DNA of 64,000 bases from Candidatus Levyibacteriota bacterium (GCA_050255815.1 JBLMVJ010000019.1:26-64025); one strand, 5' to 3'. Positions 1 to 11,089 are shown, counted from the first letter of the stretch. The notes: generated by a model from the sequence alone, not told the origin. A program made the numbers and translations.

Positions 1-1279
1 ACATGGAAACCAGGATTCCTATTGCCAGCGTCAATGCAAAACCCCGTATCACCCCGCTGCCAAAATAATACAAAATAAATGACGTGATAAGGCTTGAAAT
101 ATTTGAATCCCGTATGGAAGTCCATGCTCTGGTAAAACCTAAAGACTGCGCTACTTCTTTAGTTCTTCCCGCACGCAACTCTTCCCGCATACGTTCAAAA
201 ATCAGAATATTTGCATCAACTGCCATCCCTATTGATAAGATAAATCCGGCTATACCTGCCAGGGTTAATGTTACCGGGATAAACTTAAATATTGCAAGCG
301 TGATAATAACATAAATGATTAAAGCAACTGAAGCCAGTGTTCCCTCTTTCCGGTAAAGATATATCATAAAGATAATAATGGATAAGAACCCCAGAATCCC
401 GGCAAACAAAGACCGTTTTAATGAGTTTATCCCAAGAGAAGGACCTACCGTATTCTGGCCAATGATATGGAGAGGTGCCGGAAGAGCACCCGAATTCAGC
501 TGGATAGAAAGGTTCTTTGCTGTTTGGGTGGTAAAATTCCCGGTAATGACCGCATTTCCGTTCAGGATTTCTGAATTAACCCGCGGTGCCTCTATAACCT
601 GGTTATCCAGAACTATTGCCACCGGTTTTCCCAGATTCCTTTTGGTAATCTCTGCAAATAATTTAGTCCCGTTTGGCGTAAAATCCAGCTGAACCTGCGG
701 CTCAGTGCTTGTTTGACTAAATACGACCTGTGAGCTTTTTAGATCTTTTCCTGTCAAAGATGTCTTAATAGGATTATTGCCTAAGAAAATACTTAAACCA
801 TATGGAAGTTCTGCAGACGGACTTGCCCCTTTTATCTCCGGTCCTTGCTCCCAGAATGAAAGCTGTGCTGTTTTTCCAATCAAGTCTATAGCAGAAGCTA
901 CATTTGAAAGGCCGGGAAGCTCTATGATAACCCTGTATTCATCACCAAGTTTGAGCGTCTGGATAGTAGGTTCTCCAACCCCAAAGAAATTAACCCTGCG
1001 TTCTATGATATTACGCGCGGCATCAAAGGCGCTTTGCCGGTCTGCCGAAGCAATATTTTTCATATCTACCTGGTACGTTAGCTGCGTACCCCCTTGTAAA
1101 TCTAGCCCTAGCTTGTAGGAAAGGCTTTTCTGCAGAGATAGGTTGCCGAGTTTGAGGTTAATATTCTGTGGCGGCACATCCTGTTTGGCAACTTTTATCC
1201 CGGAAGGAAGGTCAAACACAAAAAGTAGTAATGTGGCAATAAAAAGACAAATGATAAATACTTTTGGATTTTTTGACAT
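1..1279 (-). CDS. secD: Protein translocase subunit SecD (3' end runs off window)
   Basis: Manual translation from ATG at 1279: MSKNPKVFII...LGLDLQGG; near window start GMAVDANILIFERMREEL...IRDSNISSLIT...IRGFALTLAIG, hallmark SecD motifs. Not in the ORF track. Confidence 0.95.
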   Translation of the reverse strand, partial: MSKNPKVFIICLFIATLLLFVFDLPSGIKVAKQDVPPQNINLKLGNLSLQKSLSYKLGLDLQGGTQLTYQVDMKNIASADRQSAFDAARNIIERRVNFFGVGEPTIQTLKLGDEYRVIIELPGLSNVASAIDLIGKTAQLSFWEQGPEIKGASPSAELPYGLSIFLGNNPIKTSLTGKDLKSSQVVFSQTSTEPQVQLDFTPNGTKLFAEITKRNLGKPVAIVLDNQVIEAPRVNSEILNGNAVITGNFTTQTAKNLSIQLNSGALPAPLHIIGQNTVGPSLGINSLKRSLFAGILGFLSIIIFMIYLYRKEGTLASVALIIYVIITLAIFKFIPVTLTLAGIAGFILSIGMAVDANILIFERMREELRAGRTKEVAQSLGFTRAWTSIRDSNISSLITSFILYYFGSGVIRGFALTLAIGILVSM

Positions 1280-1282
1280 AGA

Positions 1283-1858
1283 TTAGGAAAGCATACTCTC
1301 CTCATCTCCAATGAGCATAACTCTGGAGCCTGAGATTATAGAAGTAATAAATGGATCCATCCTCTTTTTTCTGAAAACAAATTCCTCCTCTGTCATAACG
1401 GTATAATTAATTTCTTCCCCCCGGCGGGATTCTTCCTGTTTTACCACCAGGGTTAATTCAGGGATAACAATAGTTCCTACTATCAAAAGGTCCACGTCTT
1501 CCGGATTCTCCCTGATCTTCCGGACAAATTTTCCGGAAAGCATGGCATACTTTACCTTCCCTAATTTTACTCTATTTTTAATAATATCTGCACCTAATCC
1601 GCTAGTTTTAGCATGAAGTTTAATTAAATCATAATAAAAAGGATAATTCTTATCTAAATAATAATAGACACGGTTTGCCCGGGGTTCTTTCTGAAGTATT
1701 CCTTTTTTTTCAAGAAGAATAAGCTCTCTTCTTACTGCATTAATCTCTTCGTCAACCCTGCGGACAATCTCACGAACGTGGTACATTTCAGTAAGGTTAT
1801 CTAGAAACAATAGAAGTAATTTAACGCGGGTTTTTGAAGTAATAAGATCTTTTAGCAT
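1283..1858 (-). CDS. Winged-helix plus nucleotidyltransferase-like protein, putative transcriptional regulator
   Basis: N-terminal wHTH (HVREIVRRVDEEINAVRREL); C-terminal LSG...DVDLLIVG minimal NTase-like motif. Confidence 0.7.
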   Translation of the reverse strand: MLKDLITSKTRVKLLLLFLDNLTEMYHVREIVRRVDEEINAVRRELILLEKKGILQKEPRANRVYYYLDKNYPFYYDLIKLHAKTSGLGADIIKNRVKLGKVKYAMLSGKFVRKIRENPEDVDLLIVGTIVIPELTLVVKQEESRRGEEINYTVMTEEEFVFRKKRMDPFITSIISGSRVMLIGDEESMLS

Positions 1859-2033
1859 AGTACATTCTGAGCAGGGGGATTTGAACCATAAGATGATTCA
1901 AATCTTTCGAGTAACTAATTGTAACACTTTAAGCTAGATCTGTACAGAGAGAAATTATGGAAGAGGCAAAGAGTCAGAGAGTCAAAGAAAATTTTTTATA
2001 CACAATACTCAATACTTTATACTTGATACTAAT

Positions 2034-3218
2034 TTATTGTACGTTTACGTCCGTTCCTGTGGGAAGCACTTCAAACCAAATCCGTCCGCGGTCAAATTTC
2101 ACTTCCTGGCCTCCTGCAGTTATCTTCAAATGAGCAGTCCTGTTTGCTTTAGACCAGGTAGCCTGCGTTTCTTTCCCATCCATAAATACTATCGCCTTTC
2201 CGGTACCCTTATCTCCATAGAGTAAATGCAGGTTATTCTCATACCCATCATCCGCATTATTTTCCCTCATAAACAGGACCACCACGTTTTTAGTAGAAAG
2301 CTGGGTATTATTATCTTTATCCAAATGCTTTACGCCGCCATTAAATCGAGCGTATGTGTTAGTAACTTTGTCGTACACCCACTTCACTCCATAAGCGGTG
2401 TAGTCTTTCCAAAAGTCAAAAGAAACTGTTTGTGCAGCCGGCCTTTCAGCATTTGCTGCATCATCCTTAAAGGTGTATGGGGTAAAGTCAGTATCCCAGG
2501 ACACTCCTTTTTTATCTACGTTGGTTAGGCCTCTGTCAGCACCAATTTTCCAAAGATTTTGAGTTGTTGAATACATGGTGTGCTCCGTTGCAACCGGATG
2601 CCCTAAGCGGTCCGGATCACGCCAGTATGTAGGAAATCCTATGGCAAATTGGTTTAAATCATTGTATAAACTCCAACCGTAGGTGTCTATTTGCCCCAGT
2701 GCGTCTGCCGGTCCTGGCATATTTGCACCGCCTACATGCGCATAAAGAGGGCTATCACCGTATTCAGAAATAAAGTCCACAAAATAGGTCCTGGCAGAGC
2801 GTACCGGACCTACCGTTCCGGCATCCTGACAATAAAACACAACCAAGAAACGGGTAATACCGCCTTCCGCTACTGCTTCATACACTATATCTGAAGAGGA
2901 AATGCCTGATTGGGGACGGGCGTCTTCATGGTTTTCTATCATAACCCCCAACGGCCTATGCTTCTCCCACCACTGCCGCTGCTGACTGGAATACATAGCT
3001 CCATTCAGCGGACAAGCCTCTGTCTTAGGGAGGGCATCATCAAACACTACTTTCCCGTCTTTGCTGCCACCTACAACTTTTGGCTGGGCAACCGGTGTTT
3101 TAACTATCCCGGTAGACTGCAGGATTGAGGTGTTTGCAAACACAAAATAAGAAATCAGCGCAGAAACCACAAACAAACCAACAGAGATAAGAATTATATT
3201 TTTTTGGGTCTTCTTCAT
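2034..3218 (-). CDS. DUF3048 (YerB-like) membrane-anchored protein
   Basis: RPLGVMIENH..ARPQSG..DIVYEAVAEGGITRF, GPVRSARTYF motifs; N-terminal TM. Confidence 0.85.
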   Translation of the reverse strand: MKKTQKNIILISVGLFVVSALISYFVFANTSILQSTGIVKTPVAQPKVVGGSKDGKVVFDDALPKTEACPLNGAMYSSQQRQWWEKHRPLGVMIENHEDARPQSGISSSDIVYEAVAEGGITRFLVVFYCQDAGTVGPVRSARTYFVDFISEYGDSPLYAHVGGANMPGPADALGQIDTYGWSLYNDLNQFAIGFPTYWRDPDRLGHPVATEHTMYSTTQNLWKIGADRGLTNVDKKGVSWDTDFTPYTFKDDAANAERPAAQTVSFDFWKDYTAYGVKWVYDKVTNTYARFNGGVKHLDKDNNTQLSTKNVVVLFMRENNADDGYENNLHLLYGDKGTGKAIVFMDGKETQATWSKANRTAHLKITAGGQEVKFDRGRIWFEVLPTGTDVNVQ

Positions 3219-3277
3219 TTTTTATTTTTCGAGCTTCATTGAAATAAAAATACAAATCAAGTCCTCAAGTGAGAAAA

Positions 3278-3334
3278 ATACCGGGAGTCTCTGGCAAGTC
3301 CCGACGTGTCGGGGCACGCCAAGAGTTAACGGTA
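3278..3334. repeat. 57-bp hairpin element, copy 1 (copy 2 at 17304-17360)
   Basis: ataccgggagtctctggcaag-[18 nt]-cgccaagagttaacggta; flanks identical in both copies. Confidence 0.9.
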
Positions 3335-3341
3335 AATTTTC

Positions 3342-3803
3342 CTACAACCTTTTTGCGCTCTTCAGGGCCTGCTCTTCCTCTTTTGATAACTCATAATCTC
3401 CACCTTTCCCTCTTACCACATTTTTTGCATACCATCTGGTACCGCTTCTGGTATGTAAACTTGAAATAAGGACACCGGTATCATTTGCGTCAACCAAAGC
3501 CAAAATAAAACTCTGGTCACCACCGGTATCCTTAAACGGATTAAAACGCAAAAGGCCTACCTTTTGGATATGAAGAAGGCCTTCTTTTTCTAGTTTATCA
3601 CACGTCTTCACCAAAAGGTCAAGAGTTTTTTTCATCTCCTGCTGGTCTGAGGTAAAAGCATCTAAAAATTTCACCAAAGATTCTTTTTTACCTCCTTTAA
3701 CTAACCGGGAATAATAGGTATAAAACTGGAAGAAGAGGAAACTTAAAATGGCGTTCCAAACAAGAAAAACGGCAAAAATAATGAGAATAAGTGGACTGGG
3801 CAT
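3342..3803 (-). CDS. DUF4446 family protein
   Basis: N-terminal TM, then QKVGLLRFNPFKDTGGDQSFILALVD...GVLISSLHTR...YAK. Confidence 0.85.
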   Translation of the reverse strand: MPSPLILIIFAVFLVWNAILSFLFFQFYTYYSRLVKGGKKESLVKFLDAFTSDQQEMKKTLDLLVKTCDKLEKEGLLHIQKVGLLRFNPFKDTGGDQSFILALVDANDTGVLISSLHTRSGTRWYAKNVVRGKGGDYELSKEEEQALKSAKRL

Positions 3804-4005
3804 GGATTTAGTTTAGGCTTTAAATTCAAAACGAAAGCGTTTTTTTAGCTTCTTTTGATAATTTTAGCCTCTTGACACGATCAAGTCAATATGATACTTT
3901 TTGTTTCATGAATGTAATCGTGCTCAATGAGGCATAAAATACATTCAGAATAATTCTCTATCATTGGACTAATAACTCAATAAAATTATCCAATGACTCT
4001 CTATC

Positions 4006-4296
4006 ATGAGTAAAAAAAGGAAAACAAGAAAAGAAAAAATCTTAACCGGATTAAGAAAACAAAACACTTCCTTTGAGAGCTCTTCCCCCACATATTCCTT
4101 TGACGTTTCAAAATCAACTTCAAGGCCTATCCCTCCTATTATTCCGGACGCTCATTCTTCTACTCTTTCTTATGCTTATGTTGGTAAAGATGTCAGAAGA
4201 ACATTTTATGTAACATCTTTTCTTGCAGGCGCAAGCATGGTTCTTTACCTTCTCATGCAAAATCACATTATTAGACTAACTGTATTCGGATACTGA
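4006..4296 (+). CDS. Hypothetical small membrane protein
   Basis: 96-aa ORF, basic N-terminus, C-terminal TM. Confidence 0.7.
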   Translation: MSKKRKTRKEKILTGLRKQNTSFESSSPTYSFDVSKSTSRPIPPIIPDAHSSTLSYAYVGKDVRRTFYVTSFLAGASMVLYLLMQNHIIRLTVFGY

Positions 4297-4399
4297 ATAT
4301 TTTAGAAAAAGTTGTCCTTCACCCTTCGGGGTTCAGGATCAATCATTTTTTTCTATTATATTTAAGTTGACGAAAAAATGATTGGAGGTGACTTAAATT

Positions 4400-4543
4400 A
4401 TGGCAAGCATGTACTGTGTAAAATGTAGAGCAAAAAGAGAAGATGCAAATGCAACTGCTGTTACTATGAAAAATGGTAAACCAGCAATGAAAGGAAAATG
4501 CCCAGTTTGCGGAACAGCAATGTTCAAGATTGGAGCAAAATAA
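4400..4543 (+). CDS. DUF5679-type small zinc-ribbon protein (47 aa)
   Basis: MASMYCVKCRAKREDANATAVTMKNGKPAMKGKCPVCGTAMFKIGAK; two CxxC; SD GGAGGTG at 4384-4390; below the ORF-track cutoff. Confidence 0.85.
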   Translation: MASMYCVKCRAKREDANATAVTMKNGKPAMKGKCPVCGTAMFKIGAK

Positions 4544-4674
4544 AGTTTCTCTAATTTGCGAAAAAACCCAAAAACCCGATATTCAAATGTTACTTTGATT
4601 TTTGGAGGAACATTTAATGGTCGGGTTTTTGTTTATCTTGATTTTACTTTCAGGATATGTAAAAGTTTAAATAC

Positions 4675-6222
4675 GTGGAAATTGCAGAAATACCACCTCT
4701 TAAACCAGATCCTCTCTATAAAGAGCATCAACCGATTCCTCTGAAAGGCAGAATAATAACGTCTATCCATGGTCATGAAATAACACAGGACACCTCCCTC
4801 CCCTTTAGGGGTTTCACTGAAAACGACCCTGACCATCCAGTATTTTCTGTTGCTGCTCACGATCCTGCAGCCACTTCTGGAATGGTTCTTGAGCAAGTAA
4901 GTAGACATCATGGTAGAGCTTTGGAAGTAAAATATGGAGAAAAACCAATTGCTCTGTGGTCGGATAATGAAGGGTTTATATATGGTTCTCTCAATCTAAA
5001 AGGGAATAATTTTACAGATCCTCACGTTGAGAAAGACAAACACTTCCAGAGCGGTTTTAAAACGATTGGGCTCCAAGAAGGAATTGTCATATGGGATACG
5101 ATAAAAGCATCAGAAGCTATGAGGAAAGCTGGGGTTGAAACAGAAAAAACAGAGGCTGTAGTCCTTTTAGAAGAAGGTATACAAAACGGAGAAGCAGTAC
5201 CAATGGATAAATTTAAAAAAGGACTATTAACGCGTGCTCTTTCGGATTCCCAACGGAAAGATATGTCTCCTTTTGGAGAACGTTCACTTCCTGAACTCAG
5301 CGACATTGCTCGTCTTCAAACATACGTGAGTCAGGCTGAATTCTATATTACTCAACGAGCACTTCAGGTACCTGAACGGTTAAGAGATTTAAAAGAGGTA
5401 AAAACAAAAGAAGGATTTGAAAAACTTATGAGAAGAGTGTTTGCGTTTGTAAATGCACGCGAGAAAATTGAGGCAAAAAGAGAAGGAAGAGAGCCTCAAG
5501 TTTTCAATGCTCTGAATCCGGAGGACATAAATAGCTACTTTGGCACTTTTCTTCCTCAAAGGATGGCAAAAAACATTGGCCGCATGCATGTTGCCGGATT
5601 AACACACCATTTTCTAACTGACCATAATGTTTCTTTGGCCGGAAGCATCTATGACTTAGACAGTATGACAGGGGAAGCATTGGGAGATAAAGGAATTCCA
5701 ACTCCTAAGGAAGACCTCAATGAATTAATAGGTAATCTTATAGACGTATATGGCTTATCTGGAAATAAGGTAAAATCAGGAAGCTATTTTAGCAATGTAA
5801 TAGGACCAGACGTTGCGGATCAATTCTTTGACGCATTTATCCCTAGTTATCTTGATACTGTCTGGAGTACATTTGATATTCAGGAAGAAAAAACCAGATT
5901 AACAGAAGAAATAAGACAAGGAGTGCCTGAGATAATGAAAGAATTTCCTGGAAAATCCAAAGATGAGGTAAGAAAAATATTACATGAAGAAGATGCTGAC
6001 CTTGTTATGAATGAGATTAAAGAGTGTGTACGTCTTGATATAGCCTTATGGATAAGTAAATTTTTTGATAATAAATCTATTGTTGAAAACCAATTACGAA
6101 ACATGGCACAGATAAAAGCACAATCAACAATAGCAATGTTAGGTGAAGAATACTTTCAAAACCTTAGAGAAAAATTCATAAATCTTGATGACTCTCCAGT
6201 TGAGGATTCTACAGATTCATAA
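4675..6222 (+). CDS. Divergent SelO/YdiU-like kinase-fold protein (putative)
   Basis: Ordered motifs GRA, LNLKG, SEAMRKAGVET, GLTHHFLTDHNVSLAGSIYDLD resemble SelO motifs. Confidence 0.5.
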   Translation: MEIAEIPPLKPDPLYKEHQPIPLKGRIITSIHGHEITQDTSLPFRGFTENDPDHPVFSVAAHDPAATSGMVLEQVSRHHGRALEVKYGEKPIALWSDNEGFIYGSLNLKGNNFTDPHVEKDKHFQSGFKTIGLQEGIVIWDTIKASEAMRKAGVETEKTEAVVLLEEGIQNGEAVPMDKFKKGLLTRALSDSQRKDMSPFGERSLPELSDIARLQTYVSQAEFYITQRALQVPERLRDLKEVKTKEGFEKLMRRVFAFVNAREKIEAKREGREPQVFNALNPEDINSYFGTFLPQRMAKNIGRMHVAGLTHHFLTDHNVSLAGSIYDLDSMTGEALGDKGIPTPKEDLNELIGNLIDVYGLSGNKVKSGSYFSNVIGPDVADQFFDAFIPSYLDTVWSTFDIQEEKTRLTEEIRQGVPEIMKEFPGKSKDEVRKILHEEDADLVMNEIKECVRLDIALWISKFFDNKSIVENQLRNMAQIKAQSTIAMLGEEYFQNLREKFINLDDSPVEDSTDS

Positions 6223-6227
6223 ACCTT

Positions 6228-7904
6228 CTAGAAATCACACGTCTTTCCGGGAGAACATGTAAGGCTTTTTGCAATGTGGATAAGACGGTATACTTTCAAT
6301 ACTGACACATTCCACTCCCCGGCAATCTCTGCCTGTCCAAATCCTGCCACCTCCCATAAAGGATACCCCAACGGATGGCACGGCACTGATTCGCACACAA
6401 TCAACAGCTGGTCTGTTATAGTTTTTCTTTCAGGGTCTGCACCTGGAAATTGAATAGTTACCGGCGGCTTATTTACCCGTTCAAAAAAGAACCTATACGC
6501 AAAATCAGAATTGCCTCCACTGGAAATTACTGCAAAGTTATAGGGCTTTCCGCCGGTTTTTGCTAATACAAACTCTGAGATATCCTGCACCTGCTTCAGC
6601 TGGTCATTTGGCGTGGAAGTTCTGGGGTATGAAAAAAGGGTATTAAAAAGAGACGGGTTGTATCCTATATAATCTTGTGGGAATGTAATTGGTCTAAAAT
6701 ATATATTCAGCCAAATTCCAAAAGCCACTAATACCAGCACCGAAACGACCACAATTCTTCCTTTTTTCAATAATGGTGATAACAGTGAAGCTAATAAGAT
6801 AAAGGGGACCGGAAAAACTATGCCCAGGTAATAATCATAGATAGATTTTTTATAAAAGCCAAACAGAAAGACAGTCAACATCAACCACAAGACAAGCAGA
6901 AGGGAAAAATACATATTTTTTTCTTTCTTCCTGTAGCTATGAACTATTTTGATTATGATATAAACCAGTGATCCAATACCTATAAGATAAGCTGCTAATG
7001 ACCAGATAGAAATAATATTGGATGAAAAGAAATGCATGTCTTCAGGCTTTGGAAAAGATAGTAAAAGCCTTCCAAAAATCCTTAAGAACACATCCTGGGC
7101 AGTTGCCATAAATTTAGTATTGTTTCCGGTATCTCCTGAGGTAAAAACAAAGGTGAGGATACTTCTTATATTTGGAAATCCATGGCGTACTTCAAATGCC
7201 AGGAAAGGTGACCAGCCCACTAATGTCCCCAGGGCAAATAGCACATACCTCATGAGAAGAGTAAGAATGCGGTGACTCAATTGCGTTTTTGTTTGAACAA
7301 AAGTTGTAGCTAAAAGGTAAAAGAATACCACTACCCCCAAAAAAGTAGATAGATAATGCAGCTGCAGTAAGATGCCAAAAAGTACACCTGCTAACATCAA
7401 TTTTGGAACGGATTTATTCATGACGGCATGGGACAAAAGGTACATCATAAGAAGAGAAAAGAACGGCACTACGTTGGGATTCCAGGAGGAACGGGAATAG
7501 GTTATAACTAACGGCGATATTGCATATAATAATGAAGCTATCAACGCTGGTATGTATCCAAAGTTATCTTTTGTAATCTGATACACCAGCCAAACAGTAG
7601 CAATCCCTACTAAAGCAACCATGACTGCCGGTCCCACCGGATTATAATTAAATAACCATAAAAACGGTGCCATGAAGTAATAATAGATAGGACCCAGAAA
7701 AAATCCGCCTACAGAAGCAGTGGGGCCCAGAAGCGTCAAGTCCCCCCGTAAAATATGCATTGCAACCAGTACGTCCCGCCCTTCATCCCCCAAAAAAGTC
7801 AGATAAGCACCTATGCGGTAGAAACGCATAAAAGCAGCAAGAAAAAGAACTAGGATGATGGGAATATTTTCTTTTTTAATAATGGATCTTAACAAATTCA
7901 GCAT
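6228..7904 (-). CDS. GT-C fold glycosyltransferase (ArnT/PMT, GT39/GT83-like)
   Basis: FLGDEGRD, LLGP...GPIYYYF, SRSSWNPN, many TMs; start moved to MLNLL at 7904 to avoid overlap. Confidence 0.85.
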   Translation of the reverse strand: MLNLLRSIIKKENIPIILVLFLAAFMRFYRIGAYLTFLGDEGRDVLVAMHILRGDLTLLGPTASVGGFFLGPIYYYFMAPFLWLFNYNPVGPAVMVALVGIATVWLVYQITKDNFGYIPALIASLLYAISPLVITYSRSSWNPNVVPFFSLLMMYLLSHAVMNKSVPKLMLAGVLFGILLQLHYLSTFLGVVVFFYLLATTFVQTKTQLSHRILTLLMRYVLFALGTLVGWSPFLAFEVRHGFPNIRSILTFVFTSGDTGNNTKFMATAQDVFLRIFGRLLLSFPKPEDMHFFSSNIISIWSLAAYLIGIGSLVYIIIKIVHSYRKKEKNMYFSLLLVLWLMLTVFLFGFYKKSIYDYYLGIVFPVPFILLASLLSPLLKKGRIVVVSVLVLVAFGIWLNIYFRPITFPQDYIGYNPSLFNTLFSYPRTSTPNDQLKQVQDISEFVLAKTGGKPYNFAVISSGGNSDFAYRFFFERVNKPPVTIQFPGADPERKTITDQLLIVCESVPCHPLGYPLWEVAGFGQAEIAGEWNVSVLKVYRLIHIAKSLTCSPGKTCDF

Positions 7905-7917
7905 AATGAGGAATTCG

Positions 7918-9078
7918 TTACTTCTTCGGGTGTTTCTTCCAGATGAACATGCTGTACATAACAAAATTCCAAATAAGCAGAAGTCCGGTCCCTATTACAA
8001 AGTAAATATAATAGTATTTAACAGGCAAAATAACCCTTAACACTCCTTCTCCAATAAATCTGTCTCCCAGGAAAATTGTTCCGGTCTGGATAAAGATAAC
8101 GCCAAATACTGATGTGAGGTAAAATTGTGCCATCTTAATAAAGTATTGGGTTACCCCATGTACCTTATTCTCTTTAAATGTCCAAATATTATTAAAGTTA
8201 TAGTTGGAAAAAATTGCAACAGCAGCACCCACTAAATTGGCTATAGAGTGGTCAAAATGGTACGTATCAGACAAGACTTTTAAAATAACAAAATTAATAA
8301 CAAAACCTATGCCTCCTACCACTAAAAACTTCCCAAACTTCCCGAAAATAAGCTCTTTAATCCGCGCGCTTATCACAAAATAAAGGACATCAATGATATA
8401 GCCTAACGGAGCAATTTTGGACTGGCCCAGCTTTCTGTCAGAAAAATGGAACGGCACTTCCCCTATCCGGAACCCATCCGCAATTGCCATATGAAGAAAT
8501 GCAATCTGGAATATGTATCCGTTGTAGCCGGAAAGCTTTTCTCTTTCTTTGAGAAATACTTCTTTTTTAAGTGCACGGTAACCACCTGTCCAATCATGCA
8601 CCCCAAACTTCATGAAAATAGTACGCACCAAAATATTTGCTACTATAGAGAACATTTTCCGCTGTGGCGGCCAATTTTGGGGAATTGATCCTCCACCACT
8701 ATAACGCGTCCCTATTACCATATCTGAACCCTCATCAATTTTGTCTAAAAAGGCAGGAATTTTTTCCGGGTCATGCTGACCGTCAGCATCCATTTCAAAG
8801 ACCACATCCGCTCCCATGTGCTCTATGGCATAATTCATACCGCGGATGTAAGCCGCTCCCAGACCATTTTTATGGCCGGAGCTGACATCCAAATTTTTAT
8901 ACTTTTTCATCAAATGCCTCACGGCATCTTCAGTCCCGTCCGGGGAAGAGTCGTCAGCCACTAATATGCTCATTTTATGGTTTTTTACTTTCGGGAAAAC
9001 TTCTTCTTCCAGCAGAGGAATCAATTTTTCTATATTCTCTTTTTCGTTATAGGTAGGAAGGATCACAACAGCGTGCAT
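7918..9078 (-). CDS. Polyprenol-phosphate glycosyltransferase (GT2, DPM1-like) fused to GtrA flippase-like domain
   Basis: LPTYNEKENI, DDSSPDGT, MDADGQHDP; C-terminal KFLVVGGIGFVIN...SNYNFNNIWTF. Confidence 0.9.
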   Translation of the reverse strand: MHAVVILPTYNEKENIEKLIPLLEEEVFPKVKNHKMSILVADDSSPDGTEDAVRHLMKKYKNLDVSSGHKNGLGAAYIRGMNYAIEHMGADVVFEMDADGQHDPEKIPAFLDKIDEGSDMVIGTRYSGGGSIPQNWPPQRKMFSIVANILVRTIFMKFGVHDWTGGYRALKKEVFLKEREKLSGYNGYIFQIAFLHMAIADGFRIGEVPFHFSDRKLGQSKIAPLGYIIDVLYFVISARIKELIFGKFGKFLVVGGIGFVINFVILKVLSDTYHFDHSIANLVGAAVAIFSNYNFNNIWTFKENKVHGVTQYFIKMAQFYLTSVFGVIFIQTGTIFLGDRFIGEGVLRVILPVKYYYIYFVIGTGLLLIWNFVMYSMFIWKKHPKK

Positions 9079-9140
9079 GTTTTTAGTTTACCGTATTTAT
9101 ATAGAAAATGCCACTTAAATTAAGCTGATAAATGTGGGGA

Positions 9141-10115
9141 TTATGGGTTGTTTTTTTCAAGTTCTACATCTGCTTTCACCATCATTTCAACCAGTTCTTT
9201 AAATGAAGTCTTTGGCTCCCATCCCAATACTTCCTTTGCCTTACTATAGTCACCAATCAGATAGTCTACTTCTGCAGGCCGCATATGTTCCGTTTTATTA
9301 GCTGTTACATGCTTCTCCCAGTCAGTGATTCCCACCGTCTTAAAGGCCACTTCCACAAATTCTTTGACTGAATGGTTTTCCCCGGTTGCTACTACATAAT
9401 CATCCGGCCTATCCTGTTGGAGCATCATCCACATGGCCTCTACATAATCCCCGGAAAAACCCCAATCCCGTTTTGGTTCCAAAGAGCCTAATTCAAGCTT
9501 CTCTTGTTTACCCAAACTAATCCTGGCAACAGCATTTGAAATCTTACGTGTAACAAACTCTAACCCTCTTCTGGGAGACTCATGGTTAAAAAGGATTCCT
9601 GAACAGGCAAACATATCATAGCTTTCCCTATAATTCAGGGTAATATAGTGACCATATACTTTTGCCACTCCATATGGGGATCTGGGATAAAAACGTGTTG
9701 TTTCTTTTTGGGGAGTCTCAGTCACTTTTCCAAACATCTCAGATGATGATGCCTGATAGAATTTAATTTTTTTATTTACCTGACGGATAGCCTCCAGCAT
9801 TCTGGTTACTGAAAGCGCAGTAAACTCCCCGGTTAAAACAGGCTGGCTCCAGGAGGCTTTCACAAAAGATTGTGCCGCCAGGTTATACACTTCATCAGGT
9901 TCTGAATTTATTAATGCGTCAGCAAGCGATCCCTGGTCAAGGAGGTCTCCGGGAATAATAGTGATCCGGTCCTGGATGTGTTTAATGTTTACAATATTTG
10001 GGGTTGAGAGGCGGCGGACTAAACCGTATACCTTGTATCCTTTCTTGAGAAGAAATTCGGCAAGATAGGAACCATCTTGTCCGGTGACACCGGTTATGAG
10101 TGCTTTTTTAGCCAT
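9141..10115 (-). CDS. gmd: GDP-mannose 4,6-dehydratase
   Basis: [45 protein letters not shown]. Confidence 0.95.
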   Translation of the reverse strand: MAKKALITGVTGQDGSYLAEFLLKKGYKVYGLVRRLSTPNIVNIKHIQDRITIIPGDLLDQGSLADALINSEPDEVYNLAAQSFVKASWSQPVLTGEFTALSVTRMLEAIRQVNKKIKFYQASSSEMFGKVTETPQKETTRFYPRSPYGVAKVYGHYITLNYRESYDMFACSGILFNHESPRRGLEFVTRKISNAVARISLGKQEKLELGSLEPKRDWGFSGDYVEAMWMMLQQDRPDDYVVATGENHSVKEFVEVAFKTVGITDWEKHVTANKTEHMRPAEVDYLIGDYSKAKEVLGWEPKTSFKELVEMMVKADVELEKNNP

Positions 10116-10138
10116 ATTATTGTTCAGCTTTAAAAATA

Positions 10139-11086
10139 TTAAACGTTATTGCGCCAATAATCAAGGGTATCTTTCAACGTTTGTTCTAATTTTATCTCCG
10201 GTTTCCATCCTAAAGTCTCAATTTTTGTATTATCAGACCTGATATCCGGAACATCAGAAGGCCGCAAAAGAGCAGGATCAATCTCTGTATCTATATGTTC
10301 AGTTGAAAGGGAAAGGAGTGAGTCAAGGATTTGGGAGATCTTATGTGACTTTCCGGATCCAGCATTATACACATCCCCTGATTGCCCCTTTTCTGCTATT
10401 GCTAAATATGCCTGCACCATATCCCGAACATCTGTAAAATCCCTTTTTGCCTCTAAATTCCCCACTTTCATAACCGGTGGGATTTTTTTCTTCTCAATTT
10501 CTGCTATTTGTTTTGCAAAAGAAGCCACAACAAACTGCGGAGTCTGCCGGGGCCCTATATGGTTAAACGGCCTCACCCTAATAACATCCATTTTATAAGA
10601 GTTAAAGTACTGCAACCCTAAATAATCCTGGGCAATTTTTGATACGGCATATGGGCTACCGGGTCGCATAGGAGTATTTTCATCCAATGGTAAATCTGAT
10701 GGCTCCACTAATCCATATATTTCAGCAGAGGAAGTAATAATAATCCTTGAGGAAATGTTTGCATTTCTTACTGCCTCAAGTAGGTTTATCTCTGCTGCTA
10801 TATTATTTGTGATTATTTTTTCCGGTTCTTTAAAGCTTTCTGCCGGTGAGGTAAGTGCAGCAAGATGGAAAATAATGTCCGGATTCAATTCAGCAATTAC
10901 TTTCTCTGTTTCTTCTCTGTCTAACAAATTAAGCTTTTTTAATACCAATCTATCTTTAATTGCGTCAACAAAAGAAAGGTTATCTGATATATGAGTTCCC
11001 TGAACAGTATAGTTTTTTTCAAGAAGAAGTTCAGCTAAAAAACTTCCGGCAAACCCTGAGATTCCTGTAACGAGGACTTTTTGCAT
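10139..11086 (-). CDS. GDP-4-keto-6-deoxy-D-mannose reductase (Rmd-like) extended SDR
   Basis: [39 protein letters not shown]; adjacent to gmd. Confidence 0.75.
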   Translation of the reverse strand: MQKVLVTGISGFAGSFLAELLLEKNYTVQGTHISDNLSFVDAIKDRLVLKKLNLLDREETEKVIAELNPDIIFHLAALTSPAESFKEPEKIITNNIAAEINLLEAVRNANISSRIIITSSAEIYGLVEPSDLPLDENTPMRPGSPYAVSKIAQDYLGLQYFNSYKMDVIRVRPFNHIGPRQTPQFVVASFAKQIAEIEKKKIPPVMKVGNLEAKRDFTDVRDMVQAYLAIAEKGQSGDVYNAGSGKSHKISQILDSLLSLSTEHIDTEIDPALLRPSDVPDIRSDNTKIETLGWKPEIKLEQTLKDTLDYWRNNV

Positions 11087-11089
11087 AAT

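Noticed and set aside
84-1118. Plus-strand ORFs 84-314, 378-692, 777-1118
   Set aside because: Antisense shadows of secD.
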